Positions 51,380 through 64,000 of a stretch of 64,000 bases of DNA are shown here, in pieces (positions within the stretch are counted from its first letter, which is position 1; every line of letters begins with the position of its first letter). Under the pieces are notes generated by a model, which searched no databases, was not told the DNA's origin, and saw only the letters and a program-made list of their open reading frames with translations. The DNA lies in assembly GCF_009834535.1 (NCBI RefSeq), contig NC_045696.1, forward strand, positions 84,818,001-84,882,000. Direction: 5' to 3'. The translations under genes and the position numbers were made by a program. Source of the DNA: Camelus ferus (Eukaryota).

Positions 51380-53420
51380 TTCATTTATTCACTGATTTTT
51401 TACTTATTCAAAAGTGTTTATTTAGTAGTTACAGTGAACAAGGTACTATTCTGTATATTTTCTGTGCATTAGTGTACTTGCAAGAAAAAGACTGCTGTGC
51501 TTCTGAAGCCTGCATTCTAGCAGGCGAAACAGATAAAAATAGGAAAACATGGTCAACAATTAAATTATATTGTATGTTAAAGGTGATAAGAGCGACAAAA
51601 AAATTAGAGCTAGAAAAGCAGGCAAAGGGATAGTGCAGTGTTAATTAGGGTAACCAGGGTGTTCTTCATTGAAAACACTAAGGATTTGAGCAAACCCTGA
51701 AGAAAGTGAGAGAGTTTATCAGGGGGATATTGTGAGGAGAGGAAACAAGGCAGAGGAAGCAGTTGTTTAAATTCTCTAGCACACGGGCGCACCTGGCACA
51801 CTGCAACAACAGAGAGGAAGCTGCGGGTTGGATAAATAAAGTGGGAAGCTTATGGGGGATTGAGGCCATAAAAATGTAGGAAATTTAGAAAATTGTAGGG
51901 ATTTTTGATTTTACTTGAAGTGAAATATGGAGCCACTAAAGGATGCTGAACAAATTTAACATGGCCTGTGGTTTAAAAGTATCAAACTAGGTGCTTCATT
52001 TGAGCTAGACTGTGGGGAGGGAGACAAGGGAAGAAAGACAAAAAAAATACCAGGTGGCTATCATGGTAATTCAAGCAAGACATAATAGTGTCTTTATTAA
52101 AAATAATAAAAAGTAGATGGATTCCAGATATATTTAGAAGATGCAGACTCTCGGATTCGTTTTAAGATTAGGGGAAAGGTCAAGGATAACTCAAAGGATT
52201 TTGCCTGGGAGGTTGAGTTGCCATACATTGAGATAAGAAAAGATGTGTGTGAGGTGGTTGTGTGGGAAGATGGGACATTCAGTTTTGGACATTTGGCATT
52301 GAGTTGTATATTTGGTTTTAAAATGAATTTGCTGAGCAAGTTTTTGAATATATGATATAGAGATTGGAGGAGAGGTCTTAGTTCGAGATAAAATCCAGGA
52401 GTTAATAGCATAGAGATGGCATTGAAAGACATGAGACAGAATGAGATCATCAATAGAGCAAGTGTAGATACTAAGAAAGAGTTACAGGATAGTCTTCTGA
52501 ATTTTCAAACTTTAACAAATAGAGAAGGAAATGAACCAGGAAAAGACTAAGAAAGTGCCATCACAGAGGAGAGAAGGCAAAAGTCCTGGAAGTCAAGTTA
52601 AAAATATGAAGAGAGAGAAAAAGGGAGAGACTAGCTGTTTTAAATGCTCAGATACTCAGGACTGGTAAGGACTGAGAACTCACCGTTGGATTTGGCAATG
52701 TGGATGTTATGGTTACTAGGATGAGAACAACTGGCATCAGATGTTGGACACAGAAGTCTGACTGAGGTAGGTTTAAGGGAAAAATTTATAAGAGCACATT
52801 GAGACAGCAGGTGCAAGCAACTTTTCTAGGAGGTGTTTTTCTGCTTGGTTTTGTTGGTTTCCCTTTTTGCTAGAGGAGCAAAGCTGTCTGGCTGTATCTG
52901 AAAATGTGGCAGAAGAAGAGAAGACTTTTCAAGATGGCTGCAATGGCTACAAAGCATTGGTAGAAACAAAACTAATTAAAATGTAGAAGAGGGAAGGAAG
53001 GATTTCACGAGTGATGCCCTTGAGTAGGTCAGAGAGGCACCTGAGGGAAAGAATATGTAGGACAGAGAATATCTCAGCTTTGGTTATAGGTAGAAGGTGA
53101 AGGTAGTTGTGGTAGGACAGTCTGTGTGGTGATGGGAATCGAAGTTTTCCTCTGTCTTAAGTTTCTCAGTGAAGAGGAAATCAAGGTCATCAACTTTTTG
53201 ATTTGAGAAGAGGATACAGGTAATATGGGGGAGAAAGGTAATATGGGGGAGAAAGGTACTGTGTGGCCGATCATCTATAGCAGAAATGTTGATTTTGATA
53301 TCACCTAAAAAGGAGCCTGAGATGTGATTGTTTCATGAACAAAGAAGGAAGTCATTGCTTTAGAGAGAGAGAGAAAGAGATTGGTGAAGGATGGTGTTGG
53401 CATATGGATAGCCCTGTATA
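51380..53420 (-). mobile_element. Long L2a fragment (~2 kb)
   Basis: ttcatttattcac tail; ttcagttttggacat; gagatcatc; ggactgagaa..caccgttggatttggcaatgtgga; purine-rich antisense L2 body. Confidence 0.8.
53218..53258. repeat. Perfect 18-bp tandem duplication
   Basis: AGGTAATATGGGGGAGAA x2 plus AGGTA. Confidence 0.95.
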
Positions 53421-53793
53421 AAATAGACAGTGTTCTTCTGGATGCTCTGATGAGGACCAAATATTTAAAAAAATAATGAACAATAAAGCAAACAAGCAAA
53501 AATCGAAATATAAGCCCTATCATTCCTTAGAAGAGCCTCTTACCTAGGGCATAGAGTAAATAATACATTTCTATTTACATGAAAGCCATTAGAGGACACT
53601 CTGAATAGTTCCAATTTAATTTGACACAAAATATTCTGAAACATTTTAAAATATGCATTTTTAAGTTTCAGTAATTTCTTTTCTGCCTGTTCCTTTGAGT
53701 ACTCTATATCCTGCGATTAAAGGCACGTGATATGTTTTATTTGCCTTTAATCATTAACTATAATACTATGGGATATTTGATACTTTTATATTG

Positions 53794-55015
53794 TGTTTTA
53801 GTGTCTTTGGGCTGCTGTAGCAAATTACCAAAGACCTTGTGGCTTAAACAACCAGAATGTATTCTGTCACAGTTCTGGAGGCTAGAATTCTGAAATCAAG
53901 TAGTCAGCAGTGTTGCACATCCTCTGGAGGACTCGGGAGGGAACCCCTGTTCTTCTTCCAATTCTGGGGGCTGTTCCTTGTCTTGTTATAGCATAATTAG
54001 TATCTCTGTCTGTCTTTATATGAACTTCTCCCCTGTGTCTCTTCTTTTGTGTTTCTTATAAGAACACGTTACTGGATTTAGGATTCACCCTAGTTCAGGT
54101 TAATCTCATACTGAGATCCTTAGCTAACACCTGCAAAGACCTCACTGTGGGTTCTGGCCAGCAGAAATGCCACTGAGACAGAATGAATTACTCAAGACTC
54201 TGTGGAAAAGGTCAAGAGAGTGAGAGGGAGTCGGGAGCCAACTCCACGAACCTCTCAAATGCTCCCACATTTATTGTGTACAATCAAAGGAGAAATCACT
54301 AACAATTGTGTGATGGAATGCAGGAATTTAGGGAAAGACAGGGTGGGATCGAGATTGTAGAGTCTGGCTCAAGGTCAGAAGACCCTTTATGTTTTGGCAA
54401 ATCATGTTCGTGTTGGCACCAGCAAGCCTTACAGCTTATCAGGGCAGAACGTATAAGAAGCAGCTGCTTAACAACATTTTTCTTGGACTCAGGTGGCTGT
54501 GCCTGTCTTAGGTTGCCCACCTCTGGGGATCTTACCCATCATTGGCTAACCAGCCTTCTCACCTCTGAGACTGCAGATTTTTATAACTTGTTTACCATTC
54601 CAGCCCAAGACTTGTTCCTTTGTTCTCACAATCGGGGGCCTACAGTTTATCTTTAGGGAATTCATGGGAAGAGGAGAACAAGATACATTCTTATAGATAT
54701 GTTGAAGCAGACCACCAGACCAGCCAGTTCCTTGCTTTGGGGATAGAAGACTATCTAACAGCAGGCACGCCCAGCATTTATAGCCGAGGGCCTGGGTCAT
54801 TGCTTTGCAATGAGCAGAGTGCTATCTAAAACCTCAGCTATGCAAGCAAGGCAGTTACTAAGCACATTTGCTCTTCTTCAAGGAGACAAGAGGCTGGGGT
54901 CTGTTACAATTTGTTAACCCAACCATGGGCTTCCACTCCTCATTTCAAAGAAAGTAGTACTCTGAGGTTCCAGGTGGACATATCTTTTGAAAGGGACACT
55001 ATTCAACTTAGTATA
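53794..55015 (-). mobile_element. MaLR solo LTR (MLT1B-like), split by a nested ERV LTR
   Basis: gggctgctgtagcaaattacca...tcacagttctggaggctag...ctgcaaagacc [insert] tttcaaa...tctgaggttccaggtggacat...gggacactattcaac; flanks TATTG/TGTTG. Confidence 0.88.
54146..54937 (-). mobile_element. ERV2(K)-like solo LTR (~790 bp) nested in MLT1B
   Basis: tgtggg...ttccac(t) inverted ends; 6-bp TSD CCTCAC/CCTCAT (54140-54145, 54938-54943); minus-strand AATAAA ~120 bp from its 3' end. Confidence 0.75.
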
Positions 55016-56375
55016 TGTTGTTAAATTTGTCTTCTGTGTCGTTCTCTTTCAGAGTCAATGTTTCTTCATTATGATTAAATCTTGTTAGCCTAAGATAAAA
55101 CATATTGAAAGTATAAATAACATACTCAAGTTTTCCACTGACTCTGTTTCCAGTTTGCAAACATTTTACAAAGCTATAGAGCATCAAACGTCTGTAGTCT
55201 GTGCAACTCTTCTTATTCACAAGCTTCCCCTTACAGATCCCATCCCTGTGACAATAGTGCTACAAGCCTTTTCCTGGGAACAGCAGGATCCTTAAAGTTA
55301 GCAGCTTCAGTGACCAGGACTTTGAATACATCAATCTTTTCTCAATCTATTATTGGCATTTTTCTATGCCTGCTTCACTCACTTTGTCACCAAAGCCACA
55401 ATTAGTGACCTGGGTTTTAAAAATCAATCTTACCACCCCCTTACTTAAGATGCATGACAACTGAGTATTTTAATATATATTTTGTAAGACTTATCAATGC
55501 TTCTTTTCCATAAATTAAAAAATTCAAAGGATATAAGGGGCAAAATCATGATATTAAAAATAGCTGAAAATTAGTGTCATGCCAATCCTAAAAAAAAAAA
55601 ACAGTGGCAGCATACTTGAGTGCTTCCCTTGAATAGCTTAGTGACAGAACATTTAATTTTTGCACGTTTTTGGTATTTCTGTGCTAAGAAATAGGAAGAC
55701 TATATAGGTTATAGCTTTTACTTTGCTGTCACACTAAAGTAAAATAAACGATAATTCATTTTTCAGAGTAAACACAACCCTGCTTTTCTAAATCATGTTT
55801 AACTTTAGACCACCACTTCTATTGTGGTGAAAAATTTACTTTGTTATCCTTGTGCCTTCTGAAGATTGCAGATTTAACAGGTTCAGAGCGTAAGGAAGGT
55901 CCTTCTGCTCTTTAATCCACATAGGCTATTTTGGATCAGTTTGTCCAAATCCATGTGGTCTTATAAATCTGACTGGCCCTGGGTTGTTTGCTGAACTGGA
56001 ACAAGGTTCGTAGCTCTCTTTCCCCAAATGATTATCCCTAGATGAGTAAATCTATCGTGAGAATATCTTGCCTTTCCCTGGTCTGTTGCTTCTGTGTCCA
56101 CCTCTCCAGCCACATTTCTCCATTCTGGCTTTCTGTGGAAGGATACAGTATATTTTCCTTCAAATATTCTTTCGAAACCAAGTACTAGGGTTTTTTTTGT
56201 TTGTTTGTTTGTTTAATATAGGATACAGACAACATTATTTTTTTCTTACTATATTTATATCATCTGTCAGTTTTTATAACTTCATACCTTTACATATTTT
56301 TTTCTTTTATAACTGACCTCTTCCTGTATCCCTTTCTCTCTTCTTTGTATTATTCCTGTGAGCTTATTGTCCCTC

Positions 56376-56996
56376 TGTAATGAAGCAGGTCAGTTAATGG
56401 GACTCTAGGAAAACCAAGAACTGTATAGTATCTCCTTGATGCTGAAAAAGAACAAAACAGCCCCTGATGTCAGGGACCTGCTCTGACCTCACATCTAGGC
56501 CTCAGTGTTATCCCAAATGATATGAAGTTTACAGATAAATCATATAGTTCTCTTTCTGGACAGAAACAATATCATAGAACGTCTGTATAAATGAGCTTAC
56601 CCTGATAAAGTGAGACAAAAATGGATCACTGTGAAATCCATAAAATGCCAGACATCCTTTTCTTTCACTAAATAAGTGACTGCTACGTCTTCAGCAATCA
56701 AGGCTTCACCCTTACTCTGGTATTCTCTCCCTATAGATAAGATTTGAGATACCCAGTCATGAAACTGGCCTTATTTTCTAACACCATCCAATCCAGAGCA
56801 ATCCCTCACATACATAGATTCTCCCTGAAATTACTTAACCAAGTCACAAATTCTGTAATAGTTTCTTGATTAGACCCTCTTTCTGAGATGTTTTGTGGTT
56901 TCCCCACGGTGTATGTTTTCCTAACTGCTATCAGTAGTGAACCCAATTTGTTCAACTAAGGAGTTCCTGGTGGTCTTTAGTTGAAGGGAATTAACA
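56376..56996 (+). mobile_element. ERV1 solo LTR (MER31/MER67-like)
   Basis: tagataagatt..gagatacccagtcat...catccaatccagagcaa...ttgttcaact...gttcctggtggtcttt.gttgaagggaattaaca; TG...CA ends. Confidence 0.82.
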
Positions 56997-57399
56997 GGGC
57001 AAATCACAATATTATACCAACTCAGAGGAACTCATTGCCAATTTTACAAGGAAATCATTGAACAAGCAATGAGGTCAGTTTCAAACCAATCTTTCTGCCA
57101 ACAGAATTGCACCATATAATCCATTCTACACACCAAGGATTTAATACTTTCTAAAATAAAGACATAAATACCTTATTTCCATACCAATTTAATTTTTAAG
57201 ATTTCACCCCAGCATGGTAGCAGTGCTACTAATATGCTATTCAATATCTATAAACTGATAAGTTTTGAATATAAATTACAGAAAAGATTAGGGCCTTTTA
57301 TTGGTAATCACTGAATTATAAAGAATAATGTGTAAATAAATAATATGCACAAATCCTGAGTCTGTATAAACATCAGCCACATCAAAATGTGGAGTATTA

Positions 57400-58840
57400 C
57401 CCACATTCCAGAAGCTTTCTTGCTTTTGGTATTCAATAGGAGCTTGACCATAATATTTCTAGGGATTGTTACTATATTGATATCATCTTCTTTGGTATTT
57501 ATAGCAACTCTTGAATTTGTAACTTGTTATCATCTGAAGTTTTGGAAAATTCTTAGGTAGTATCTATTCAAATATTACTTTTGCCTCATTATCCTTAAGC
57601 ATGATACTGATATTCAAATTGGATGTATATTTTTACTTTCATCATGAACTATATTTTATTTTATGTTTGCTCCTTGTATTTACCATCTTTTTGTTGTATT
57701 CATTCCAGTTTGGATTATTTTACATTGATTTGTCTTTTAGAAAATGAATTCCCTTTTCTGCTGTGTCCAACTGAGCTGCCTTTAATGTATCTATTAAATT
57801 CTTTCAGTTATTATATTTTTTAAGTTCTAGTATTCTCTTTTGATGCATTTCTTATACATTGCAATTCTCTAATAAATTGCTTTATCCTTTTCTCTACTTT
57901 TATATACACATTAGTCTTAGTTATATTAAAGCTCATTTCTACTAGTGCTAGTATCTGGATTTATTTATGCTTTTATAATATATAAATATATATATAATAA
58001 TTATGGGTTTATTTAATCTTTCCTGTTGTTTTTTCTCTTGGATTTGTTTGTTGTTGTTGTTATGACATGCCTGGTAATTTATATTAAATGTGGGATATTG
58101 TGATTAAATATATAGAATCTCTGGATGACGTTACACTCCTTCAGGAAGGATTATTTACCTTCCGGCAGGTAGGGAGTATGGATAGATGGCCATGACCAAT
58201 TGGGAAACTGAAATAATTTGAGGCTGCATTTCTGGCTTTTTTTTTTTTTTTTTTTTTTTTTGGTGGCTGGTGTGTCTTCACTTGGCCCTTACTCCTGGGA
58301 CTTAGGCTTTTTGGATTCTCAACTGAAAGCCAAGATTTTTTACCAGGCTCATTTTTTCTGGGCAGATGCTTAGCTCCAGTTGTTGAATTCTCAGCAATGA
58401 CAGAGGACAAAAAAAAAAAAAAAAATTTCTAAACTTGGCTTTTTTAGCCCCTTAACACCTACTTTCTGTTTAATTTCTCAGCCTCTTATCGTGGTCCCAT
58501 GGAGATTAGAAATTAATAAATTCCTTGAGGTATTGTGATTCCGTGCACAGAATATTTCATTCCTTTCTCTAAAATGTTATTTTCTGTAAAAGCCTGACAC
58601 TTAAAATATTGTGCAGCCCTGCATGTGTTTATCACTAAATGTTCTGTAGAGAAAAGCAGAAAGTCCACATCATTGGACTGACTTTCTTTCTGACATCTTG
58701 GATTCTCAAGTCTTGGATGCCTTGGTTTTTCTCTGATATATTCAAAAAGCTCTTTTAGTGCTTCATTAGATACAGTATTTTTATTTTCAGCCGATGTGTT
58801 ATTTGATAACAACCATCCAGCTATGGCTGAATATGACCAC
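57400..58840 (-). mobile_element. Old L1ME-type ORF1/5' UTR remnant
   Basis: tttggaaaattcttagg...tattcaaatattact.ttgcctcatt; ttctgctgtgtccaa; tttcagttattatattttt..gttctag; catgcctggtaattt. Confidence 0.7.
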
Positions 58841-59411
58841 CTCAGATGTTTTTAATTAGTCATATTCTGTAAGTAATGATCCCCAATATTGTTCCACAGG
58901 CGGAACTTTAAGGGTACAGGATCTTAAAATCTTCTCAGTGTTGGATTTGAATCACAAGTTTGCCCCCCTCCCCCCATGGTTAGTACATAGCAGATCTGGC
59001 TTCAAGTCCTATAGCCTCTCCTAACAGAAACCAGGGGCAGACTGGAGGAAAAGACAACAAAAAAGGATGTTCACTTTGTAGACTTCTCTCTTTTGACAGA
59101 GTCAAGATTCCAGCATTCCAAGAAGTCTAGAGCAAACATCCTTGATCAGAAGTTTCACCTCCTTATTTTGGCCAATAACTAGTAAAAAGCAATGAGCTAC
59201 TATGTTTAGTATAGACCAATTATAATTTATTCCCTCGGCTATGCAGTTTGCTAGCTCTTGAACTTCGGGTTCAGGTAGCAGAGAAAAAAATGGGAATGTC
59301 TACTTGTTAGGCAAACAGATCCTGTCACACAAAACAATTCACAAGCTTTACTTATTCCATTTTTCCAATTTCAGCTTCTATTCTTATTGTTGTGTCTCCT
59401 GTGTTTCTGGA

Positions 59412-59520
59412 TCAGAGTTTCTTAACCTTGTCACTGTTGATATTTAGGGCCAGAGTTCTTTGTTGTGGTGGTCATTCTGGTCATTTTAGTATGTTTACCA
59501 CCATTCCTGACCTCCACTGA
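59412..59520. mobile_element. MER20 fragment
   Basis: cagagtttcttaaccttgtcactgttgatatttagggccag..ttctttgttgtgg...cattcctgacctc. Confidence 0.75.
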
Positions 59521-61121
59521 CACAGAATATGTGCATCATTTGTATTTAAATACACACACAAAGAGGCATGCAAATGTGCATGTACAAAACCATGAACTGG
59601 TACTAATCAAGAAGAGACAAATATAATTAAATTTTTATTCTTTCAAATTTGTTCAGTAGACTTTTTGTGAGAGACAAATATAACATTGATGAATACAACA
59701 TAAAAATAAAATATATGAAAATGCATTTAATTTTGCTAAAAATATCTTTAAAATAATTAATATATCATTTTAGATTGGAATGATTTCAGAACTGAATGCA
59801 AGAATTGAATATTTTTGAACAAGCATATACAGTGTTAGCACAGAATCCACATTCTATACCAATGCTGTTAACTATTAATCTGTAATATTTGGATCTATAG
59901 CCCAGCTCTCTATATAAAATCCTACCAAATCCTTATTGTATTTTTAATATGTGTTCACAGTTGTCACTATTGATTAAAACATCTTTTCCTGCATCACTAG
60001 TTTTACATTTTGTGTTACATGTACCTCTCTTTCACCACAGGCTATGTTCATACTTGTTAAATCAATCTTATCAATAGGAATTCTTATTTGCTCAGATTAA
60101 ATTTATGAAATAAGACAACAACCTTTAAGGACTGTATCCAGCTATTAAGAATTCTATTTATTCTGTCCAAATAACATTCTTCAGTTACATTCCATAATTT
60201 CTATGACCTTTTCTTTTTCTCTCCAAAAGAGAATGATCGCAGTATAAAACACAGCCATGCAAAAGTACACACAGTTCTCAAGTTCCTATAGCTAATGACA
60301 GTTTTATTCTCACATAAATTACACACCTCTTCGTGTGTGGTTTTTATTTAGGTTTATTAGGTTGCTTAAGCTTCCTAATCCCAGTAGAAAAAAAAAGCTA
60401 TCAAATAGACAGGTTTCTTATTCTTCCTTCCACCCTGAAACAATTAATTTCCCTGGAGACAACCCACCGGAGACGTTCAGCTGGCAATGGCTTTTGAAAG
60501 TTCTCTTTTCCTCTGTTGGCCCACTCACGTTGGGTGTTCAGCAAAGCTACATCTTTCATCTTATCCCTTGTGATCATTTGTAATTCAAAGGTTATGGCAA
60601 GTGAAGAATTAGTCCATTCTTCTCCTTGAAGGTTGTGTAGAAGCAGCTTTTCTCCTTAGAACAAAATATGAAAAAAAAGATGCTCAAACTGAAAACATTT
60701 TAATTATTATTTTTACTTAGAAGGACATATCATATGTATTTTATTTAGCATGATCATGAAGCTTTTATTTTGTCACATCTAATATTTTACAAAGATTTAC
60801 TAATATTAGGTAAGTAAAATATAGTTACTGTTCTCTCATTTCAATGAAAAAATTATCTACTCTATAACTAAATGTTCTAGAAGTTAAAGAACACGTGCAA
60901 TGCTAGTTAAAAATGTTCAATCTCCAAAAATACACAGCTTGCTATACTATCAGAGTTATAAAGTGCTCTTATTTCTTAGTAACAAAATAATAGGCAAGTA
61001 GAAAAAGTTTAAAAACAAATTGATTTCTTACATATATATTAAAATGTTAATTTTGCACTAGTGAATATTTCATTGCAAATATTTATTTACACTCATACAA
61101 AATATTATCATTTTTCCATTT

Positions 61122-61384
61122 ATTTTATTGTTAAATAAAATACTATATAAAGTACACAACATGATGATTTGATATAACAAAGACATAGTGAAATGATTAT
61201 TAGTCAAACTAATTAACATATCTCCTTATATAGATATACAGAGTTTTTGTGTGATTACAGCAACTGAAATCTACACTTTGAGCAAAATTTCTAGTATTCA
61301 ATACAGTATTATTAACTGCAGTTTCATGCTATGTTTTACATTTCTAGACTTACTCATTTTACATAACTTGCAACTTTATATCCT
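61122..61384 (-). mobile_element. L1MA8/9-like 3' terminus
   Basis: aagtacacaacatgatgatttgatata...gtgaaatgatt..gtcaaactaattaacata...aatacagtattattaact; near-TSD tccattt(t)atttt on both sides. Confidence 0.8.
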
Positions 61385-61929
61385 CCATTTTATTTTGACA
61401 AAATGTTATTTCATCCTGTAAAACATAACATTTAGAATTTTATGCCCACCAAAAATAAAGAGAATTTTAAAATTGTAATGTAAATTTTAAAATTGAAGGA
61501 AAGTAGTATTTAGTGACCAATACAACTTTCAATAATTTTATTAGGGTAGATTCAAGGATTAAAAGTAATGAGATAAAATTTACAGTTGTTAAAGAACATC
61601 TTTTTTTTTAATTTCAAGTAAATAATTGCTTGAATCAATTTGCTATGGAATTTAGATTCTACTCGATCCATTTTACAGTAATGAACAGCTTCTTTTAAAA
61701 TGTCAATTTTTAAAAATATGCCAGATGTTCTATTTGTTGTAACTATTTAAACTTCAGACAAAAAATAGAAATCAATATAATAATGTCTGAGGAGTGATCA
61801 AAATTTTCCAAAATTTCAAAATAATCTAAAGTATTTATAGGAGGCCCGGGAGAAAAGATTTTGAAGATCGTTGTACTAGGGCTCCTGGAACGTTGATGGT
61901 ACCTCCTCAATCTATAGCAACTGCCAGGT

Positions 61930-62785
61930 CCTCTCTATTCTCACTTTCAGAGTTTTAGTTCGAGTCACCATTATCTAATTTATCACACTGATTATTAATG
62001 CCCTTCACACAAGGTCCCTCACATTCTTGCCAGAGTAAACTTTTGCATAGAAAGTATGAAAATATAACCGTGTCACTTAATGCTCAGGTCTTTTTGTTTT
62101 TTCAACAGCATTCTCCCTTTTTCAAAATCAGTCATGTACAAATACTAGTTATGTGTGTATGTTTTTAACAAAAAAATGCAGAGGTTGTTTAAATTGAAAA
62201 GTGAATCCTAAAACTGCACCTGTTCATCCTTTTTCTCACACAAGCTAGAGGTCCTGAGAGGCTGCTGTGGAATAATTGGATTCTATGTAGCATAATTTGA
62301 AAACCACTCTTTATACTGATTTGAAATCCGAGCTTTGAGAGCTATAAAAGGACTTTCCTAATCTTACTCCAGGAATATGTACTATTTCATTCCTGCCACT
62401 TCTCCACATAAGCCTCTGTCGCAGCCATGCATAAACGGTTCTATTTTCCAAAACATGCCACAGTGTTGTACATCTCCTTGCCTCTATAAATGCTCACCTT
62501 CTGCCTGAAATGTAATTTTCTCCCTTGTCCTTCTATCTTGGTTCCTTTAATACTCAGTGCAAATGTCTGATGAACCTCCCTAGTGTATGTGGGAAAGTCG
62601 AGTTTACTTCTCTTCACTCCCTGTCCATGATTATAATTTTAGCATTTACTATGTTTTGTTTCCATCTTTATCTTTACTGATATTCTAGATCTCCTGAAAG
62701 AATTCGTTCTAATTATCTCTGTGTTTTCAGCATCTGGTAGAGCTCCAGATACTTAATAAGACTTAATAAATGCCTAATAAATCAA
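61930..62785 (+). mobile_element. L2 3' region with a probable hAT MITE remnant inside (~62105-62310)
   Basis: gccagagtaaacttt...gtgtcactt; ttctgcctgaaatg; actcagtgcaaatgtc; cagcatctgg...ttaataaatg; insert ends tttgaaaaccact. Confidence 0.6.
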
Positions 62786-62909
62786 GTAAATTTTGATTTT
62801 AAAAGGCAATATGGTTTAATTTAAAGGCATTCTCTTTATTGTTAATTTATTCAATCTTATATAGTCTATAAAAGAATGGATATACCTAACTAACAATATA
62901 CACAAATCA

Positions 62910-63100
62910 AAAATACTGAGCACTGACTCTACGCCAGGCATTCTGATGTGCATTTTATGTATATTAGGATGTTTAATTTGCTCCACACATTATAAGGTAG
63001 GTACAGCTAGTAACCACAGAGAAACCTGAGGTCCCTGAGGCTATCTAAATTACCCAAGACCACGCAGGTAGAAAATGACATAGTTAGTATTTAAGCATAT
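62910..63100 (-). mobile_element. MIR SINE
   Basis: actgagcactgactctacgccaggca...ataaggtaggta...gaaacctgagg...aattacccaagaccacgcaggtag. Confidence 0.75.
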
Positions 63101-63369
63101 CTTGTCAAATTACTGAACGTGATTTCACCAGCCCTGTCTACTCTAAATCAGAGTACTGAATTTATGGCAGGCTGCAGATGCTTGATGTTGTTTATTTCAA
63201 CAAAGAATCAAAGTAAAAGCAATTTATCAAACTACATTAACATTTATTTGCTAGGTTTGTCCATTTTATCCCTGTTTATAACAAATTATAGCCAGTGCTT
63301 TCATCAGTTGGGAATTTTGTCTGCAGTAAATAGGGAGCACACAGTTATGGAACTTGTACCTTGATGATG

Positions 63370-63600
63370 TCAGTTACAGTATCTTCCTGATTCCTCTCAC
63401 CTAATTTTCTCCTTCCCGATAGCAAAATGATTGTCTAGCTTAAGACATTAAATCGATGCTCAGGGTAGAGTGAAGGAAAAAGGGGCAATGATAGTCAAGT
63501 CTATTTCTTTTATCAGAAAAAGCAGAACATTTCCCAGAATTCTTACTTAAACTTCTGCTTTCACCTTATTGACCAGAGCTGAGTCACGTGGCATCCAACT
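63370..63600 (-). mobile_element. Old MaLR LTR fragment (MLT1K/L-like)
   Basis: gcaaaatgattg...cttttatcag..aaagcagaacatttcccagaa...acttctgctt.caccttattgaccagagctgagtcacgtggc. Confidence 0.65.
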
Positions 63601-64000
63601 TATTGTGAGTTTAAGCAGGCTTTCTGCATTTTCTGTATTTGTTGGTTCAGTTCATCTGCCTTTTTATTTTCCTGGAGCACCATCCTTTTAGGACTCTGGC
63701 GCCTCAAATAATGAATGCATTCCGTAGAAACTCCTCAGACTTCTTTTACGATACCTAAAGTAACTTGAGAGATTTTTAACTTGTGTGTAAAGATTCCTTT
63801 CTACAGTAGTTTCTACTTCCCCTTAGTTGCCTTAAGAGTAACCGTGACTAACGTGTATACAAACACCTTATTTATCTTGAGATTTGGTAGCAGTAACCTC
63901 ACAATACAGGCAAGAACTCCAAAATAGAAGGTTATTTTTAACTTCAGAGAAAGCTAATAGAATACCTACCTATTCATTAAAAATGTAGCCTCTTTGTGAT

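Noticed and set aside
1..64000. Supplied ORFs as protein-coding genes
   Set aside because: All are 118 aa or shorter, compositionally biased, often with non-ATG starts; those with recognisable homology are decayed L1 or Tigger sequence; no coherent coding exon chain
1..64000. NUMT, processed pseudogene or non-retroviral endogenous viral element
   Set aside because: No segment recognisable by eye; a highly decayed one cannot be excluded without BLASTX/tBLASTx

Overview
AT-rich, CpG-depleted mammalian DNA (gene desert or deep intron) with one 100-N assembly gap. I can identify no protein-coding gene: the supplied ORFs are short and either random or decayed LINE-1 ORF1/ORF2 or Tigger1 remnants. 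A tRNA-derived SINE at ~50.0 kb and several young L1 3' ends resemble camelid (Vicugna/Camelus) repeats, so the host is probably a camelid (inference). Much of the window is transposon fossil: MIR, L2, old L1M, MaLR MLT1, MER31/MER34 LTRs, hAT MITEs (MER5/MER20/MER102), two different Tigger1 deletion derivatives, and two younger TSD-flanked solo LTRs (ERV1-like and ERV2-like), with several clean nested insertions. Family names come from recalled consensus sequences, not a database search, and old-repeat boundaries are approximate. I found no convincing novel biological system. The best leads are candidate + strand non-coding exons (13976-14021 plus 14565-~14845, 43135-43218, 50490-50584), the solo LTRs, and a few repeat-free candidate regulatory islands.
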